Assembly: GCA_951406725.2 (NCBI GenBank) | Contig: OX597814.1 | Span: forward strand, 39,370,001-39,434,000 | Origin: Octopus vulgaris | Lineage: Eukaryota | Reading direction: 5' to 3' | Length of the DNA stretch: 64,000 nt | Shown here: positions 41,960 to 56,652 of the stretch, in pieces | How positions within the stretch are numbered: the stretch's first letter is position 1 | Layout: each line of letters begins with the position of its first letter | The notes under the pieces: model-generated | What the model saw: only the letters and a program-made list of their open reading frames with translations | Told to the model about the DNA's origin: nothing | Databases searched by the model: none | Position numbers and translations under genes: made by a program

Positions 41960-42680
41960 CGGTGACGAGCTGGCGAAATCGTGAGCATATCGGGTTAAAT
42001 ACTTAGCAGCATTTCGTCCATCTTTACGTTCAGAGTTCAAATTCCGTTGTGGTCGAATTTGCCTTGTATTTTTTGAAGTTGATGAAATATGTACCAGTTG
42101 AATGCTTTAGCCGTTTAAACCGACTTATTCCTTACCCACGAATTTTATGGCCTTGTGCCAAAATTTGAAACCAATATTATAATTAATGGGAATTGGGAGG
42201 TTGGCAGATGTGCAAAGTGGCATTTAGTTACCTCACTGTACCCTCTGGTTTCAAATCTTATGAGCGTAGGATTAATCTTGAAGCGACCTGTTGGCAAATT
42301 CATTAATACGCTGGACAAAATGAATAACAGCAATTTTTCCGGCTCTTTACATTCTGAGATCGAATGATGCATAGTGACTTTGCCTTTAACACTTGGATCT
42401 CAGTAAAATATGCACCAGCTGAAAACTGAGGTTGATGTAACTGACTTGCAAATATTCCAAGCATTCTCGCAAAAATTCCAAGCCTTGTGTCTATAGCAGA
42501 AAAGATTAGACATTGTATTATTGGAAAGATCGGCCGTGCAGAGCATATAGTGTTTTGCGATATTTCTGCACTTCCCTTTTCGTACTGTGTTCAAATGAAA
42601 CTGTTGATGATTTTTACCTTTCATAGTAGAGGATCGATAGTATTACTACCTTTCAAATACTGAAGTCGATATAAAATTTG
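41960..42680 (+). mobile_element. Head-to-tail cluster of about four SINE family B copies
   Basis: Units begin near 41960, 42195 (partial), 42285 and 42520, with decreasing similarity. Confidence 0.7.
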
Positions 42681-42944
42681 CCATTCTATTATGTAAAATT
42701 AATTATTATTAATATTCAATTGCAATTTGCATAGTTATTCTTTCTTTCTGTCATCTTCACTTTCTTTGTCTCCCTTTCTTTCTCTCTCTTTCTCTCTGTC
42801 TCTCCCTCCCTCTCTTTCCACACGCAACGTACATACAGTCAAGTATTACTGTTAGTTATTACTACCAAGAACAAATACAACAGAGTTACAAGTGTTCTGT
42901 TTTGAGTTTTTTATTTATTTATTTAGTTATTTTCTTATTTGCTG

Positions 42945-43375
42945 TAGTTTCAGCTCAGAGCTGTGGCCATGCTGATGCACCGCCGTCTTCCTACACTATT
43001 ATTACCGAGAGCCTCCTCCAATATGTGGCACTTGGTGAATAATGGAGTTTGATGTAGTTACTCTCATTTGCACCTCTTAACGTGATGTAGGTTCATCTGG
43101 GACTCTCGACAGGAAGATGACCAGCTTTGATTTAAAAACGCCTACATCTATTTTGTGCAGATTCCTCAGGCTTTTTGGGAGAATATTAAAAAGCTGTGGG
43201 CACTTGAAACCCAGGTTGTTGCAATAGCTGGTCCTGAAGCGCGATGTCGTTGCTGGGATGTTTGTTACTATGCAGTGTCATCCCGTTCTGGCATTGGTGT
43301 AGCTTTCAACGCCACAATTTGGCACAATTCCTTCCAGGATCTTCCAGATGTACCTTCCAGGATCTTCCAGATGTA
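42945..43375 (-). mobile_element. CR1-type LINE 3' end, second copy
   Basis: Reverse complement of ~11345-11750 (GTCGAGAGTCCCAGATGAACCTAC, TTTTTAATATTCTCCCAAA). Confidence 0.92.
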
Positions 43376-43723
43376 ATTTAATTATTTATTTACGCATCTC
43401 TTTCTTTACATCCGTATGAGGGATAACTTTAAAATCCGGCTGATGTTTAATTTATCTATCTTTTCCTTCAGTTCGATAGATGAAATACGATAAACAATAA
43501 ATTTATCACATTTCCCGTCAGCAATCAATTATTTTTTTCGTTCCTTGATTTTAACTAACATTTTCTTGTAGCAAATCGAGACCAGCGAACCAAATTGAAT
43601 GTTATATATCTGCTATATCTGCTAAGTAAGAGTAAGTATCCAGAAACTCTTAGAGTTGTCTCCCATGCTTATACAGTTTCACCGAGAAACATTGTTATAT
43701 AGTTACTAATCTTTTATATATAC

Positions 43724-43788
<65 letters not shown>

Positions 43789-44949
43789 CAGTGTACTTAA
43801 CTTTTGATGTTCTTTTGGATGTTTAATTTGGGAAATTAGCGAACGTACTTTTTCTTCGGCCAAAGAGAGTTCGGTTTATTATACCTATGAAAAAAAAGAA
43901 AAGAAAAGAGAAAAGAAAAAAAAAAACACAGTCAGTGGGCACTGCTTGAATGGTTTCATCATAATTCTGCTCGATCATTTCATGTCTTAGTATCAACACC
44001 ATCATCGTCATCAGCATAACAGCAAGCTGAAAGAACAGAATCGTTACCCTACTTGTAGGTGGCTGGTTTGTGACTTTACAATGAATTTGCATTCATATTT
44101 TCTTTAACATATTTTTCTAAGACTTAATATATTCCGCACTGTATATACGTTTATTTCATTGACAAAAAAATATAACATCTCAGTTTTTTTCCGACATTCC
44201 CGACGGAAACTTGTTAAAAAATCATAGGACACATATACTACACATTATATTAATTTTCGATTTATAAATAAGATATTACAGATTTATTCATTCAATATTA
44301 TTAGTAAACTTTCCATTGTACTTGATTAGAACATTTTACTAAAGCTGAAACACTAAAAGAATAAAAAAAAAAAAAAAAAAAAAACAGCGTGAAATAATTC
44401 TTGGTTCCATAACAAGTGTTTCCTGTTTAAGTGGTCATAAAAATGTTCAGCAAATATATGCCCCAAGCACAAACATAATAACGGCAAATTTATTTTAAAA
44501 GTTTAAATTTAATGAACAAAAGGGTTAACTACTGAATACATCTGCAAAGGTATTAGCAATATAAATATATACATATACTTAAAAAAATATGTGTAGGTGT
44601 GTGTACGCATGTGTTTATATGTATGTGAATGTGTGTGCGTGCGCGCGCATATGTTGATGGGGTGAATAATAAGTGTTGTACACAGGATATGCATTCTCAA
44701 CAGTATATGTAACTCGGATAAAAGTATTTAAATCTAAATAATTAGTAATAGTAAAACAATGATAATGTATTAATGGATGCATGCACTAACATGTTTGTCT
44801 ACTCTCTTGCTCTCGCTTTCTCTCTCTCAAAACAAATCTGTCGGTTAATGCTGTCGTGAATGAAGGCAAATGTACGTACGTGTGCGGTCGTGTTCCTGTA
44901 CTCGCTATCATACACACACACATACAACGGCGTAGATGCATATATAGAC

Positions 44950-44991
<42 letters not shown>

Positions 44992-44997
<6 letters not shown>

Positions 44998-45119
44998 TAT
45001 ATAGAAGGAGCTTCTACAGGACTAGTACTGTTTCATTCAAGAGAAATCTTCAGGAACCTGAAGATTTCTCTTGAATGAAACAGTACTAGTCCTGTAGAAG
45101 CTCCTTCTATATAATAAAT
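44992..45119. repeat. Perfect palindrome, 63-bp arms with 2-nt spacer
   Basis: 44992-45054 is the exact reverse complement of 45057-45119. Confidence 0.95.
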
Positions 45120-45185
45120 TAATCTTACTCTGCTATGTATTGAGTACCTTACTTACTGTGGTTAACCCCGAATCAACCCGGGACC

Positions 45186-45244
<59 letters not shown>

Positions 45245-45247
<3 letters not shown>

Positions 45248-45437
45248 AGATCGGTAGCCACTACACACATTTTTTTCTCTCTCCTTGTTTCCCTCTTAGA
45301 TTCCTTCTGTGTTCCTTTCTGTGGACGACCGTGGGCTCGAAACGTAAAAGACTTTTACAATTCCCGAGCGTTGTACCAATACATCTGTTTGTTTTCCACA
45401 TCACCTGTCTTCGTCTTTTGTATTTTTCGTGAATTTT

Positions 45438-45440
<3 letters not shown>
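45245..45440 (+). mobile_element. Short (TA)n-embedded element, Penelope pLTR-like, with hammerhead-like core
   Basis: Homologous to 4687-4850; CTTT-CTGTGGAC-GACC-GTGG-GCTC-GAAACGTA-AAAG. Confidence 0.65.
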
Positions 45441-45513
<73 letters not shown>

Positions 45514-45518
45514 TTATA

Positions 45519-45581
<63 letters not shown>

Positions 45582-45993
45582 TGTGTGTGTGTGTGTGCGT
45601 GCGTGTGTGTAAAGGTTGCGGCAAACAAAGCGAGCCCAGATTCATCATTCAAAAAAAATGCATGATTCTGCTCTGACACGAATCATGGCGATAGCTCCAG
45701 GAAAAAATGAAAAAGACAACGGCTAAAACTTCAACTATATTAATATATAAAGGCACCTTTACCACATACGTTTTATTTTTTTTTGCTAACATCACATTAA
45801 TGTCTGTGCAGAATATACTTGTTTATTATCCTCCAGGTACCTATAGGCGTATATATATGTTTATGGATACAGCAACTAATTCGTCTATCTACCTATCTAT
45901 TTATGTAAACTTACTCTCCCTCACACACATATACACACACATATATATGCATACATACATATATATATATATATATACATATTTATATATATG

Positions 45994-46024
<31 letters not shown>

Positions 46025-46035
46025 GTATATATATG

Positions 46036-46069
<34 letters not shown>

Positions 46070-46190
46070 TGTATACACACATACACATGTATACACACAC
46101 GCACACACATATATATATATATATGTATATACACGCACACATACATACATACACTCATACATACATACATATACATACATACATTCATAC

Positions 46191-46352
46191 AGGCGTAGCT
46201 GTGTAGTAAGAGGCTTGCTTCCCAGCCACATAATCCAGGTTCAGTCACTCTGCGTGGAACCTAGACCGACTTCTACTGTAGCGTTGTGACGGGAGTTGTT
46301 AGATGGACACTGAAAGAAACCAGTCGTATATATGTGTGTGTTTGTGTGTGTG
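46191..46352 (+). mobile_element. SINE family C 5' half
   Basis: AGGCGTAGCTGTGTAGTAAG...AGGTTCAGTCACTCTGCGTGG...CTGAAAGAAACCAGTCGTAT. Confidence 0.75.
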
Positions 46353-46413
46353 TGTGGTGTATTTAGTACAAGCTACTGTATTTATTCACAGACGCACGAA
46401 CTCCACACTCTCA

Positions 46414-46474
<61 letters not shown>

Positions 46475-46799
46475 GTATATAAATGAGTAACTTAAAGTGC
46501 ATATACATTGATATATATTATTGACCCTGGGTAGAGGCATTCTCTTTTAGCTCATTCTTACTTAACACACTCTCCAGTTCCCTTTCCAATTATTTGCCTA
46601 TTTACTTTTCCAAGTTAGACGTTTAAATACATTTAATAAAATGAAAATTAAGTATACAAGTTATTAAATGAGCAGAAATCGAACCAATGAGTGTGTTAAA
46701 TAAGAAGGCACTAAAAGAGAATGACTCTCTCTAGACACATTAAGATATGCTTCAACACAGGAATTCACACAACATAAAAGCGAAACACACCCACCCACA

Positions 46800-46813
46800 C
46801 ATATATATATAGG

Positions 46814-46846
<33 letters not shown>

Positions 46847-46903
46847 ATGTATATATATATATGTATGTATATATATATGTATATATATATATATATATGT
46901 ATG

Positions 46904-46982
<79 letters not shown>

Positions 46983-47013
46983 GCATATATATATATATAT
47001 ATATATACGTATG

Positions 47014-47046
<33 letters not shown>

Positions 47047-47065
47047 ATTGTATTTTTCTACAAGT

Positions 47066-47125
<60 letters not shown>

Positions 47126-47130
47126 CATAT
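46800..47130. repeat. Interrupted (TA)n satellite
   Basis: Direct repeats. Confidence 0.9.
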
Positions 47131-47271
47131 ATTTCTATACTATATATAAGCGGGTTTTTTTCACCAAGAGCAGTACCAAAATGAGACAGTAGCATGGTCC
47201 CAGTCTCAGAAGCGAGTAAAGGAGTAAAAGTGTATATATGCATATATAACATACACACACACAAACACACA

Positions 47272-47338
<67 letters not shown>

Positions 47339-47728
47339 ACGAAGACGCACACATATATGTTGTTTTTGGGGTGTGTTTGTATCTCTGCATAGATATATAT
47401 GTATAAATATTATACATACATACACAGATATGTATGTATGTAAGTATGTATGTGTAGACATGGATTATATTTGTTATATATGGTTTGGTTCCTAAACGTA
47501 TATTTCTTGATAATACAAAATATAAACGCTACACTGTATATATGGTAAGTGTATTAATTCGAAATAACAGACAATATACGTCTTATCATTTCGAAAGCAG
47601 ATTTGGAAAGGAAAGCAACGCATTGTAAATTGAAATAACGTGGGTGTGCACCTACATATGTTTGTTGCTATGTGTGTATGTATGTATGTATGTATGTATG
47701 TATATGAATATGTGCAAGTGTTATGTAC

Positions 47729-47771
<43 letters not shown>

Positions 47772-47794
47772 TATTTATATGTATATATATATGC

Positions 47795-47861
<67 letters not shown>

Positions 47862-48078
47862 TATTTGTACATACATACATACGTTTATACGTATATAGGT
47901 ACGCATATATGGGTATATATTGTCATAAAACATAAAGAACATGAAATACGAAAATACAGTTGGGTACACAAAGAAGGAGAGAAAAAATGGAAAACAAGTG
48001 AAGTAACGTAAAAAAAGACACTTTATCAGTTGTAGGCTGTCCTTCTACTCCTTATTTCGAGCAATATATACACACTAA

Positions 48079-48342
48079 TGGCACTCCGTCGCTTACGACA
48101 AAGAGGATTCCAGTTGCTCCGCTCAATGGAACAGTTGCTTGTGAGACTAAAGTGCAAGTGTCTGAGCACTTCACAGGTACGCCTGCCCATTCATATGCTT
48201 CTCAGGGAGATTTAGTGAGACACAGAATGTGACAAGGCTGAAACCTTGAAATGCAGGTACTACTCATTTTTCCCAGGTTAGTGAACTGGTAAAATGTGAA
48301 AGAAAGTGTCTTGCTCAAGAACACAACGGGCCGCCGGGAATT
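48079..48342 (-). mobile_element. SINE family A, tRNA head truncated
   Basis: Reverse complement of ~1720-1984. Confidence 0.85.
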
Positions 48343-48346
48343 ATAG

Positions 48347-48383
<37 letters not shown>

Positions 48384-48397
48384 ATACATATATATAA

Positions 48398-48430
<33 letters not shown>

Positions 48431-48433
48431 TAT

Positions 48434-48476
<43 letters not shown>

Positions 48477-48527
48477 TACATATATATATACATACATATA
48501 TACATATATATATACATTTTAATATAC

Positions 48528-48560
<33 letters not shown>

Positions 48561-48964
48561 TATTTACATAGATATAGGCAAATATAAATATATATAAATA
48601 TATGCGCATATATATATACATAAATATATACATATGCATATATATATACGCACATACACACACAGACATATATATACACAAATGAATGTACGTTTGTGTG
48701 TGTCTGTGTTTGTGTGAAAAGATATTTACTCAGAAAAATAAAATTATATTTACCATTTAACACACACACTCCCTATCCATAACTATATATATATATATAT
48801 ATATATATACATACATGCATGCATACACACACGCGCGCACGCACAAGCTAGCGCACACGCACACACTCACACACACATATTCACATTAAAATTGCTTGTA
48901 GTAAATATACGGTCGAAGCATTTACACGTAAACTAATCAGACTTGATAATAATTATTCGTTAGT

Positions 48965-49130
48965 TAGGCTCAAGGCCAGAATCTTGATGTGTTACTCCTA
49001 TAGTTGATTAGATTGACTCTAGTAATTGACATATTTTATCGACATCGAAAGATTGAACGGCAAAATACATCTCTGTAGGTTATGAACTCAGGATGCAAAG
49101 GAGCGTATGTATCTAAATACAAGCAGGCCT
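48965..49130 (-). mobile_element. Diverged SINE family B
   Basis: CAAGGCCAG...ATTTTATCGACATCGAAAGATTGAACGGCAAA...TGAACTCAG. Confidence 0.6.
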
Positions 49131-49417
49131 TTTATTATCTTTATAATTACAATTATTATTATTTTGGCCATGGACAAGGGGAAAAAATAATTATAATAGT
49201 TCCTAATTAATTAACGAAGTCAATATTATCGACTGTATGCAAGCTTCATAACTGATGGACTTGTGCTTGTGAGACATCATTATCTTATTATTTTATTGTT
49301 AGAAATATTGTTAAAATTCTTGTTGTTGTTGTTATATTTATTGCTGCTACTGTTCACATACAACAGGGCATGACTGCGTTTATTTTGTGCCATGTTGTAA
49401 ACGCTTAATATTATCAG

Positions 49418-49493
<76 letters not shown>

Positions 49494-50205
49494 ACACTCA
49501 AATATATACAAATTTCATACTCAAATATATATATATATATATATGGGTTTATTTAAACGTGAAATAACTTAATTAAAATACCAGATATTTTAATCATTTT
49601 TCATATTTACAGCAACACTTTAGCCTTCACGTCAGTGTGACAGCTTATAAAAGGCGTGGTGGTTAGGACGTTGCCCAGCAAACCGATCAACTCAAGACAG
49701 TGATGAAATATGTATCACAGAACACGCTGTGACAGCGTATTGTTTACCTGTAGAATTCTAACAGCATTTAATGTGTGTAGACGTAACTTGCTGTCAGCTG
49801 TCTACAGGAGCCGTTGTGAATAACTTCCCTTACAAGTAACCCAACTTGACGAGACATTTCGTTGTTTAATTAGGCGTGTTTAATACCATTCTAATTCGCT
49901 CATGATTTAAATCAGAACCACCAGTTCTATAACCCGTGGAAGAATGAACAATTTCATTAACCCATGTGTCTTTTTTTTTAAATTAAAGATTTGATGTGAA
50001 GAATTTGACTATATCTAAGAAACTTAGGATGTATGCTTGTGTGTGCATGTGTGTGTGTACATGTGTGTATACATACATATATGTAAATGTACATATACAT
50101 ATACACTCAGACACGTTATACAGATACAGATACACGGACATATTTGTGCTTTTGTCAAGTTTTAGAAATATACCTATATCTCTCTCTCCACTCTCTTTCT
50201 CCCTC

Positions 50206-50303
<98 letters not shown>

Positions 50304-50399
50304 CTTACACACATGTTGTACAGACACAAACACTGACAGATTTGCATCTTGTTACGTTTTTCAAATATATTTCTATCCATCTATTTATCTATCTATCTA

Positions 50400-50465
<66 letters not shown>

Positions 50466-50935
50466 TATTTATACATATATATCGAGAGAGAGAGAGAGAG
50501 TACCAGAGGCCTGACTACAATATTGCCACACCAGTAGTAGTGTAAAATAAGGGAAGTTTATCTACCACAACCCCTATATTCAAACTAGTATATCTGCATA
50601 TATATGTGTGTGTGTATGCGTGTGTGTGTGTTTGTATCTGTGTACGTGTGTAAACATATATATGTATATGTGTGTGTATAAATATGCACAGAGACATAGA
50701 ACTTTTAATCTTGTATTATTTAGGGCATAATTCTTCTTCTACGTTTGTATGTGAGTGCGTGTGTGCATTGCATGTATGCATAAGTATTCCTGATTATGCT
50801 TGCGTATTACTACCATTTCTGATATACATATAAGCAATCAAATTAGATATTTAGTCTTTCTCTATACACTCCCAATTCGAGGGAGGTGGGCGTCATTAAT
50901 ATTACCTATGTTGTTATTTATAATGCTACTTCAGT

Positions 50936-51165
<230 letters not shown>

Positions 51166-51553
51166 TTAATTTTTTATTGGAAGGAGAAGTAGAAGAAATC
51201 ATCATTATTGTTGTTGTTACTTATTGCGTTTCCTGCGCTGGCAATTTATGTTTTGTATATTGTTATATTTATTAATTATGGTTATTTATAACTCCTTCGT
51301 ATCAAATCCTACATAAATTGTTTTGATTTTTCTTTTTTTGTTTATACTCAAATCTATAAACATTCATGGCATTTACAGTCTTCTTTTAAATTTCATGACC
51401 TTAAACAAGCAACGTATTTACTAACAGATATTAAAAAAAAAAAAACGCTTTTAATAACTATACGATAGAGAATTGTGAAAGTGAATTCTGTTAAAGATAT
51501 AGAGACGCTTAGGATGAGAGGCCGAAGTCATGGAAACACTTATAAACCACCAG

Positions 51554-51588
<35 letters not shown>

Positions 51589-52354
51589 AGAGTTTATAAT
51601 AACACTTCATAATTTAGGTACAAGAGCTGTAATATGACGGGACGGGCAAGTCGATTGCGTATACTATTGTATTCAACTGATATTTTATTGCATCGCCCCT
51701 CCAAATAAAAGGTTTATGAGATAAAGTCGACAACGGTAACGAAGAGAAAGGACTGTCACATACTACATTCTCCAATGAAGTAAAGTTTCTCTGCCCCTCT
51801 CCCTCTTCTCACTCGCGGTCCCTATTTATCTATTTCTCATTCTATATAAATATATATATATATATATACAAACATACACACACAGATATATATATACATA
51901 TACAAACAGACACGCATACGTATATCATGACATAAGGACAAAGAGACAGTGAGAAATAGATAGTTACATATATACATATGTAGTACATAAGTATAATGTA
52001 TACCTTGTTGTTCTTTCTTAGTAAAAATTTATTTAGTAAATACATATTGATGTTATAACTTTAGTTTCATTAAGTTTTATCAAAACAGGTTAAGTTTAGA
52101 AAGGAGCAGTAAAAATATGCGAGCGAATATTAGTTATTATTATTAAATATGCAGGTGCGATAGTCAACAGCGATAAGGTGGGGGTTTAAGACACACGAAC
52201 ACACACACACACAAAAAAGCACGCACCCAGACAAAAAGAACACACACACTTATATATGAATATATGCATAAGTATGTATGCTTATACAGATATGTGTGTG
52301 TATATATATATATCTTTAAATATTTGAATTGTTTCACTTTCAAAGCTACGGTGT

Positions 52355-52584
52355 ATGTGTCTTTGTGTCTCGGATTGTCCCCCTCACCACCACCACCAAC
52401 GATTGACAACCGATGCGTTTATGACCCTGTGCTTTTATGTTCCCTCTAAATTAGAGGTTCAGCGAAAACTAACTAACAGAAAAAAATACTAGGCAACAAA
52501 AAATAAAATTCGCTTGAGGTGATTTGTTCGAATAAAAACTCTTGAAGTTGGCATCCCAGGTTTTTTTACTGAAACAAAAAAAAA
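52355..52584 (+). mobile_element. Diverged SINE family C 3' half
   Basis: TTGACAACCGATGC...GGTTCAGCGAAA...GATTTGTTCGA...ACTGAAACAAAA. Confidence 0.6.
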
Positions 52585-52631
52585 GTTATACATAGTATGT
52601 ACATTTACATATACAAATGTATATTTATGTA

Positions 52632-52689
<58 letters not shown>

Positions 52690-52937
52690 CATATATTTAT
52701 CTATACACACACACACAAACACATACATACGCACACACACACATACTAACACACTATATATATATAGGGTCACAATAAGATGAGGACTGCAAACAGTGAC
52801 ACGTAATATGGTTGTAATTGTATACAAACTTCCCTCACGGCGAGACAAACGACGGCAATACACACTTTCGCACACACATTCATTCACATATAGGAAATAT
52901 ACGTAGTAGGTAATCATGCCCCCATACACACAGCTGA

Positions 52938-53016
<79 letters not shown>

Positions 53017-53524
53017 TTAATCGTTAAAACTTTGAATTGCTTCACCTTCAAATCTGCGTTGTGTATTTGTGTATGTATGTATTTGTATATATATATGCAC
53101 ATGTATGTTGGCACATGGATATTAATGTAAACAGGTAGTCATGCAGATGGATAGGTACATAGGAAATATGAACAAGCACACATACATAGAGACTTAACGT
53201 AAATGGAAACTGAAAGGCATGACCATTTACACACAGGCTTCTCTTAACGCAAGGACACATATGGAGACACACATCCACGCATTTAGATGCACACTTACGA
53301 ACACAGTGCCTATCACAGAAACTCTCTCTCACACACACACAAACTTAGACGTGCACACACAAGAAGACAGATGTACACACGCACATGCAAAAACACACAT
53401 ACATAAAAACACAAAGACACACAAGCACAAATACATAAATATGCAATAAGCATATATACAAATGTCCACACACACATATACATATACGCACAAACAGATA
53501 CACATACAGTCATGCATATATTGC

Positions 53525-53556
<32 letters not shown>

Positions 53557-53559
53557 CTA

Positions 53560-53597
<38 letters not shown>

Positions 53598-54087
53598 CAT
53601 ACATGCATACATTCATGCATACACATATATATGTATACATATATGTGTATGCGCACACACACTGACCCACACACATGCCCACAAGCAAGCAAACATGATG
53701 CCGCTCAGATAAAGGACAGAGATAAAGATTATATCGAAAAAGTTGCAAGACAGAACGAAAATTTTAGAAAAAAATAAATAAGTAAATGAGTGCAAAATTT
53801 ACCGGTGTGTGTGTTAAATAATAATGCACTAAAAGGGAGTGACTCTCCTCATACACAAAAAAAAATTGCTTCAACACACGAACTCACATAAAGAATCTTG
53901 CCATCCAAATCACAAAACTAAATTTGTGGTTATGTATGTATATATATATATATATATATATATTACTGTAATTGTTCCATTGTTGTTGTTTTTTTGTTTT
54001 CCCGTTTGGATTAAAATTATATATATATATATATGTATGTGTGTGAGCGTATATAATATATGTTTATACATATACACAAATACACAC

Positions 54088-54120
<33 letters not shown>

Positions 54121-54264
54121 TGCACAGACATCTAAATGTTTAGTAAAGGCATGTTTTCTATAGCCATTCGAAATATTTATAATGATGATTTATATAATAG
54201 AAAGGCGTTAACCTGTTTTGCAACCGTTTTCAAGTGTTTTTAACACTGTACAATTATAGCCGTC

Positions 54265-54296
54265 TGTGTGTGTATGTGTTTGTCTGTGTATATGTA

Positions 54297-54371
<75 letters not shown>

Positions 54372-54672
54372 ATGTATATATATATATATATGTATGTATA
54401 TATATATATAAATATATGTATATATATGTATGCATATATATATGTATATATTTATATATGTATATATATATATATGTACGTACATATGTATATATATATG
54501 TATGTAAATATATATGTATGTATATATATATATGTATATATATGTATGTATGTATATATGTATATATTTATATATGTGTATATATATATATGTATATATT
54601 TATAAATGTGTATATATGTATATATTTATATATGTATATATATATATATATGTATATATTTATAAATGTGTG

Positions 54673-54752
<80 letters not shown>

Positions 54753-54757
54753 TATAT
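54265..54757. repeat. Interrupted (TA)n/(TG)n satellite
   Basis: Direct repeats. Confidence 0.9.
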
Positions 54758-54894
54758 GTCAATACTATCTCCCTATTTAAATTATATTTGTAAATGCTTA
54801 ATACCTACATTTATATAGTATTCAGCTGACGTACCAGTGCTTAGAAGTTTTAACACACCCCTTTGAAGGAACTCTTTTCCTCAGTTTGTTACTA

Positions 54895-54945
<51 letters not shown>

Positions 54946-55142
54946 ATATCTATCTAGCAATGCATATAAGCTTGTATATATAAATATATATATATATGTC
55001 AAGGCCGACAGGAAACGTCGATGCTTCCTTAGGCTAAATAGCGGTGGTGTAATTCCCTTACGGGACTGTCACATTAAGTTGACAGTATACAACCTCTCTC
55101 TCTGTCTCTCTCTCTGTCTCTGTCTCTCTCTGTCTCTCTCTG

Positions 55143-55211
<69 letters not shown>

Positions 55212-55273
55212 TGGGAGACATTGTAAATCTATCCAAATTTGTCCTCTGTATGCGTTTCTATTACATATATATG

Positions 55274-55325
<52 letters not shown>

Positions 55326-56136
55326 GAATAAAACATACATAACCCATGTACATGTTTATAAACACACACACACATATATATATATACATATATATATATA
55401 TACATATACTTATGTTTATATTTATATATATGTTTATATATATACATATATATACGTTTATATGTATGTGTATATAAATAGGTATACACACAAACACACA
55501 CACACACTTACACGCTCACACACTAGGACAGCCACACATATATAAATCCACATACACAAGCACATGCAAACAACAAGAAGCAATCGCACACAAGCACATA
55601 TGCACACACACATACACACACGTATACATGTATGTATATATGTACACACACATTTTCCATGATCTGCTTTTTTTTTTGTTATCACAAAAGTATCATCTTA
55701 CGCTTGAGCCTGGTTGACCTGGGTAGCTGTAAAATTATACATATCCCTTAGGCTTAGTATTACCATAAATCAAATCTGTTTCAGCTTCAAGTCGATTCTC
55801 TATCCATATTCTGTCAAATGTACCTGTAGCTCTTGAGGTATTCTAGGAAATTTCAAACTTATTCAGTTTTCCTCTAATCCATATGATGGAATACATTCGT
55901 AGAAATGACTCGAAATATGTAGGACAATGTGCTATATATGAGTCTCACTGTACATGTCGGTACAATTTAATATACAGATGTGCTTCTTTACGTATGTGTG
56001 AGTGTATACATACATAAATACATACATGCATACTTATATATGTATATAAATGTACACATAAACATGTATGTATGTATGTAGATGGGACTGATAAGCAGTT
56101 ATATATAAACACACACACACACACACACACATATAT

Positions 56137-56172
<36 letters not shown>

Positions 56173-56195
56173 TTATATATATATATTGATTGATT

Positions 56196-56237
56196 CTAGT
56201 TCCAGCTCACGAGCTGTGGCCATGCTGGGGCACCGCC

Positions 56238-56239
<2 letters not shown>
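56196..56239 (-). mobile_element. ~44-bp extreme 3' tip of the CR1-type LINE within (TA)n
   Basis: Minus strand TGGCGGTGCCCCAGCATGGCCACAGCTCGTGAGCTGGAACTAG matches the LINE 3' ends at ~11708-11750 and 42945-42985. Confidence 0.8.
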
Positions 56240-56327
<88 letters not shown>

Positions 56328-56372
56328 ATATGTGTGTCGATGGATGGAACATATATATTTCGCTATAGGGTG

Positions 56373-56520
56373 TTAAGTCGATTACATCGATCCAATGCTC
56401 AACTGGTCCTTATTTTATCGACATCTGAAGGAAGAGAAGCAATGTCTACCTCAGCGGAATTTGAACTCAGAACGTAAAAACGGAGAAAATGTCGCTAAAG
56501 ATTTTTGCCTGGCGTGCTAA
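56373..56520 (-). mobile_element. SINE family B
   Basis: TAAGTCGATTACATCGA...GCGGAATTTGAACTCAGAACGTAAA...GGCGTGCTAA. Confidence 0.85.
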
Positions 56521-56532
56521 ATATTTTTAAGT

Positions 56533-56606
<74 letters not shown>

Positions 56607-56652
56607 TGTATGTGTGTGTGTATGTGTATACAGAGAGAGAGAGAGATAGTGA

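Noticed and set aside
41960-42680. CRISPR-like repeat/spacer array
   Set aside because: Units are ~200-bp diverged SINEs in eukaryotic DNA with no cas genes.
55000-55030. GAAACGTCG hammerhead 3' half next to (TA)n
   Set aside because: No upstream core or stems; insufficient evidence.
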